Assembly: GCF_006345805.1 (NCBI RefSeq)
Contig: NW_021833075.1
Span: 1-64,000 of the forward strand
Direction of reading: 5' to 3'
DNA length: 64,000 nt
From: Octopus sinensis
Taxonomy: Eukaryota
Below are positions 63,906 to 64,000 of the stretch, piece by piece. Within the stretch, counting starts at the first letter, position 1, and the number at the start of each line of letters is the position of its first letter. Position numbers and translations under genes: made by a program. The notes under the pieces are model-generated. The model saw only the letters and a program-made list of their open reading frames with translations. It was not told the DNA's origin and searched no databases.

Positions 63906-64000
63906 GGAAGCACTCTGTCGGTTACGACGACGAGGGTTCCGGTTGATCCGATCAACGGAACAGCTTGCTCGTGAAATTAACGTGTAAGTGGCTGAGCACT
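63906..64000 (-). mobile_element. 3' end of SINE family C, cut by the window edge
   Basis: Matches 30795-30890 (ggaagcactc.gtcggttacga.ga.gagggttcc.gttgatccga). Confidence 0.88.

Overview
AT-rich eukaryotic genomic DNA dominated by repeats. The SINE families and microsatellite load look to me like an octopod cephalopod genome; this is recognition only and unverified. Most listed ORFs are microsatellite read-throughs. The window holds three or more tRNA-derived SINE families, one of which occurs as head-to-tail multimers of a ~183-bp unit. It also holds 5'-truncated R4/Dong non-LTR retrotransposons of three families, most sitting in (TAA)n tracts, a 556-bp non-coding element flanked by TAA tracts, three mariner remnants, two non-autonomous Helitrons, Penelope-like, CR1/L2-type and Harbinger relics, and several fold-back elements. 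The most notable observations are one intact minimal type-I hammerhead ribozyme (18620-18662, minus strand), a second partly decayed hammerhead (50403-50478), TSD-bounded SINE concatemers, a mirror-image composite centred at ~12142, a degenerate 35-bp periodic array at 25.6-25.9 kb, and phase-compatible candidate exons of an unidentified minus-strand host gene (59.6, 59.0 and 48.1 kb). I found no rRNA, intact tRNA gene or CRISPR array. All alignments and folds were done by eye, so coordinates of degenerate elements are approximate.
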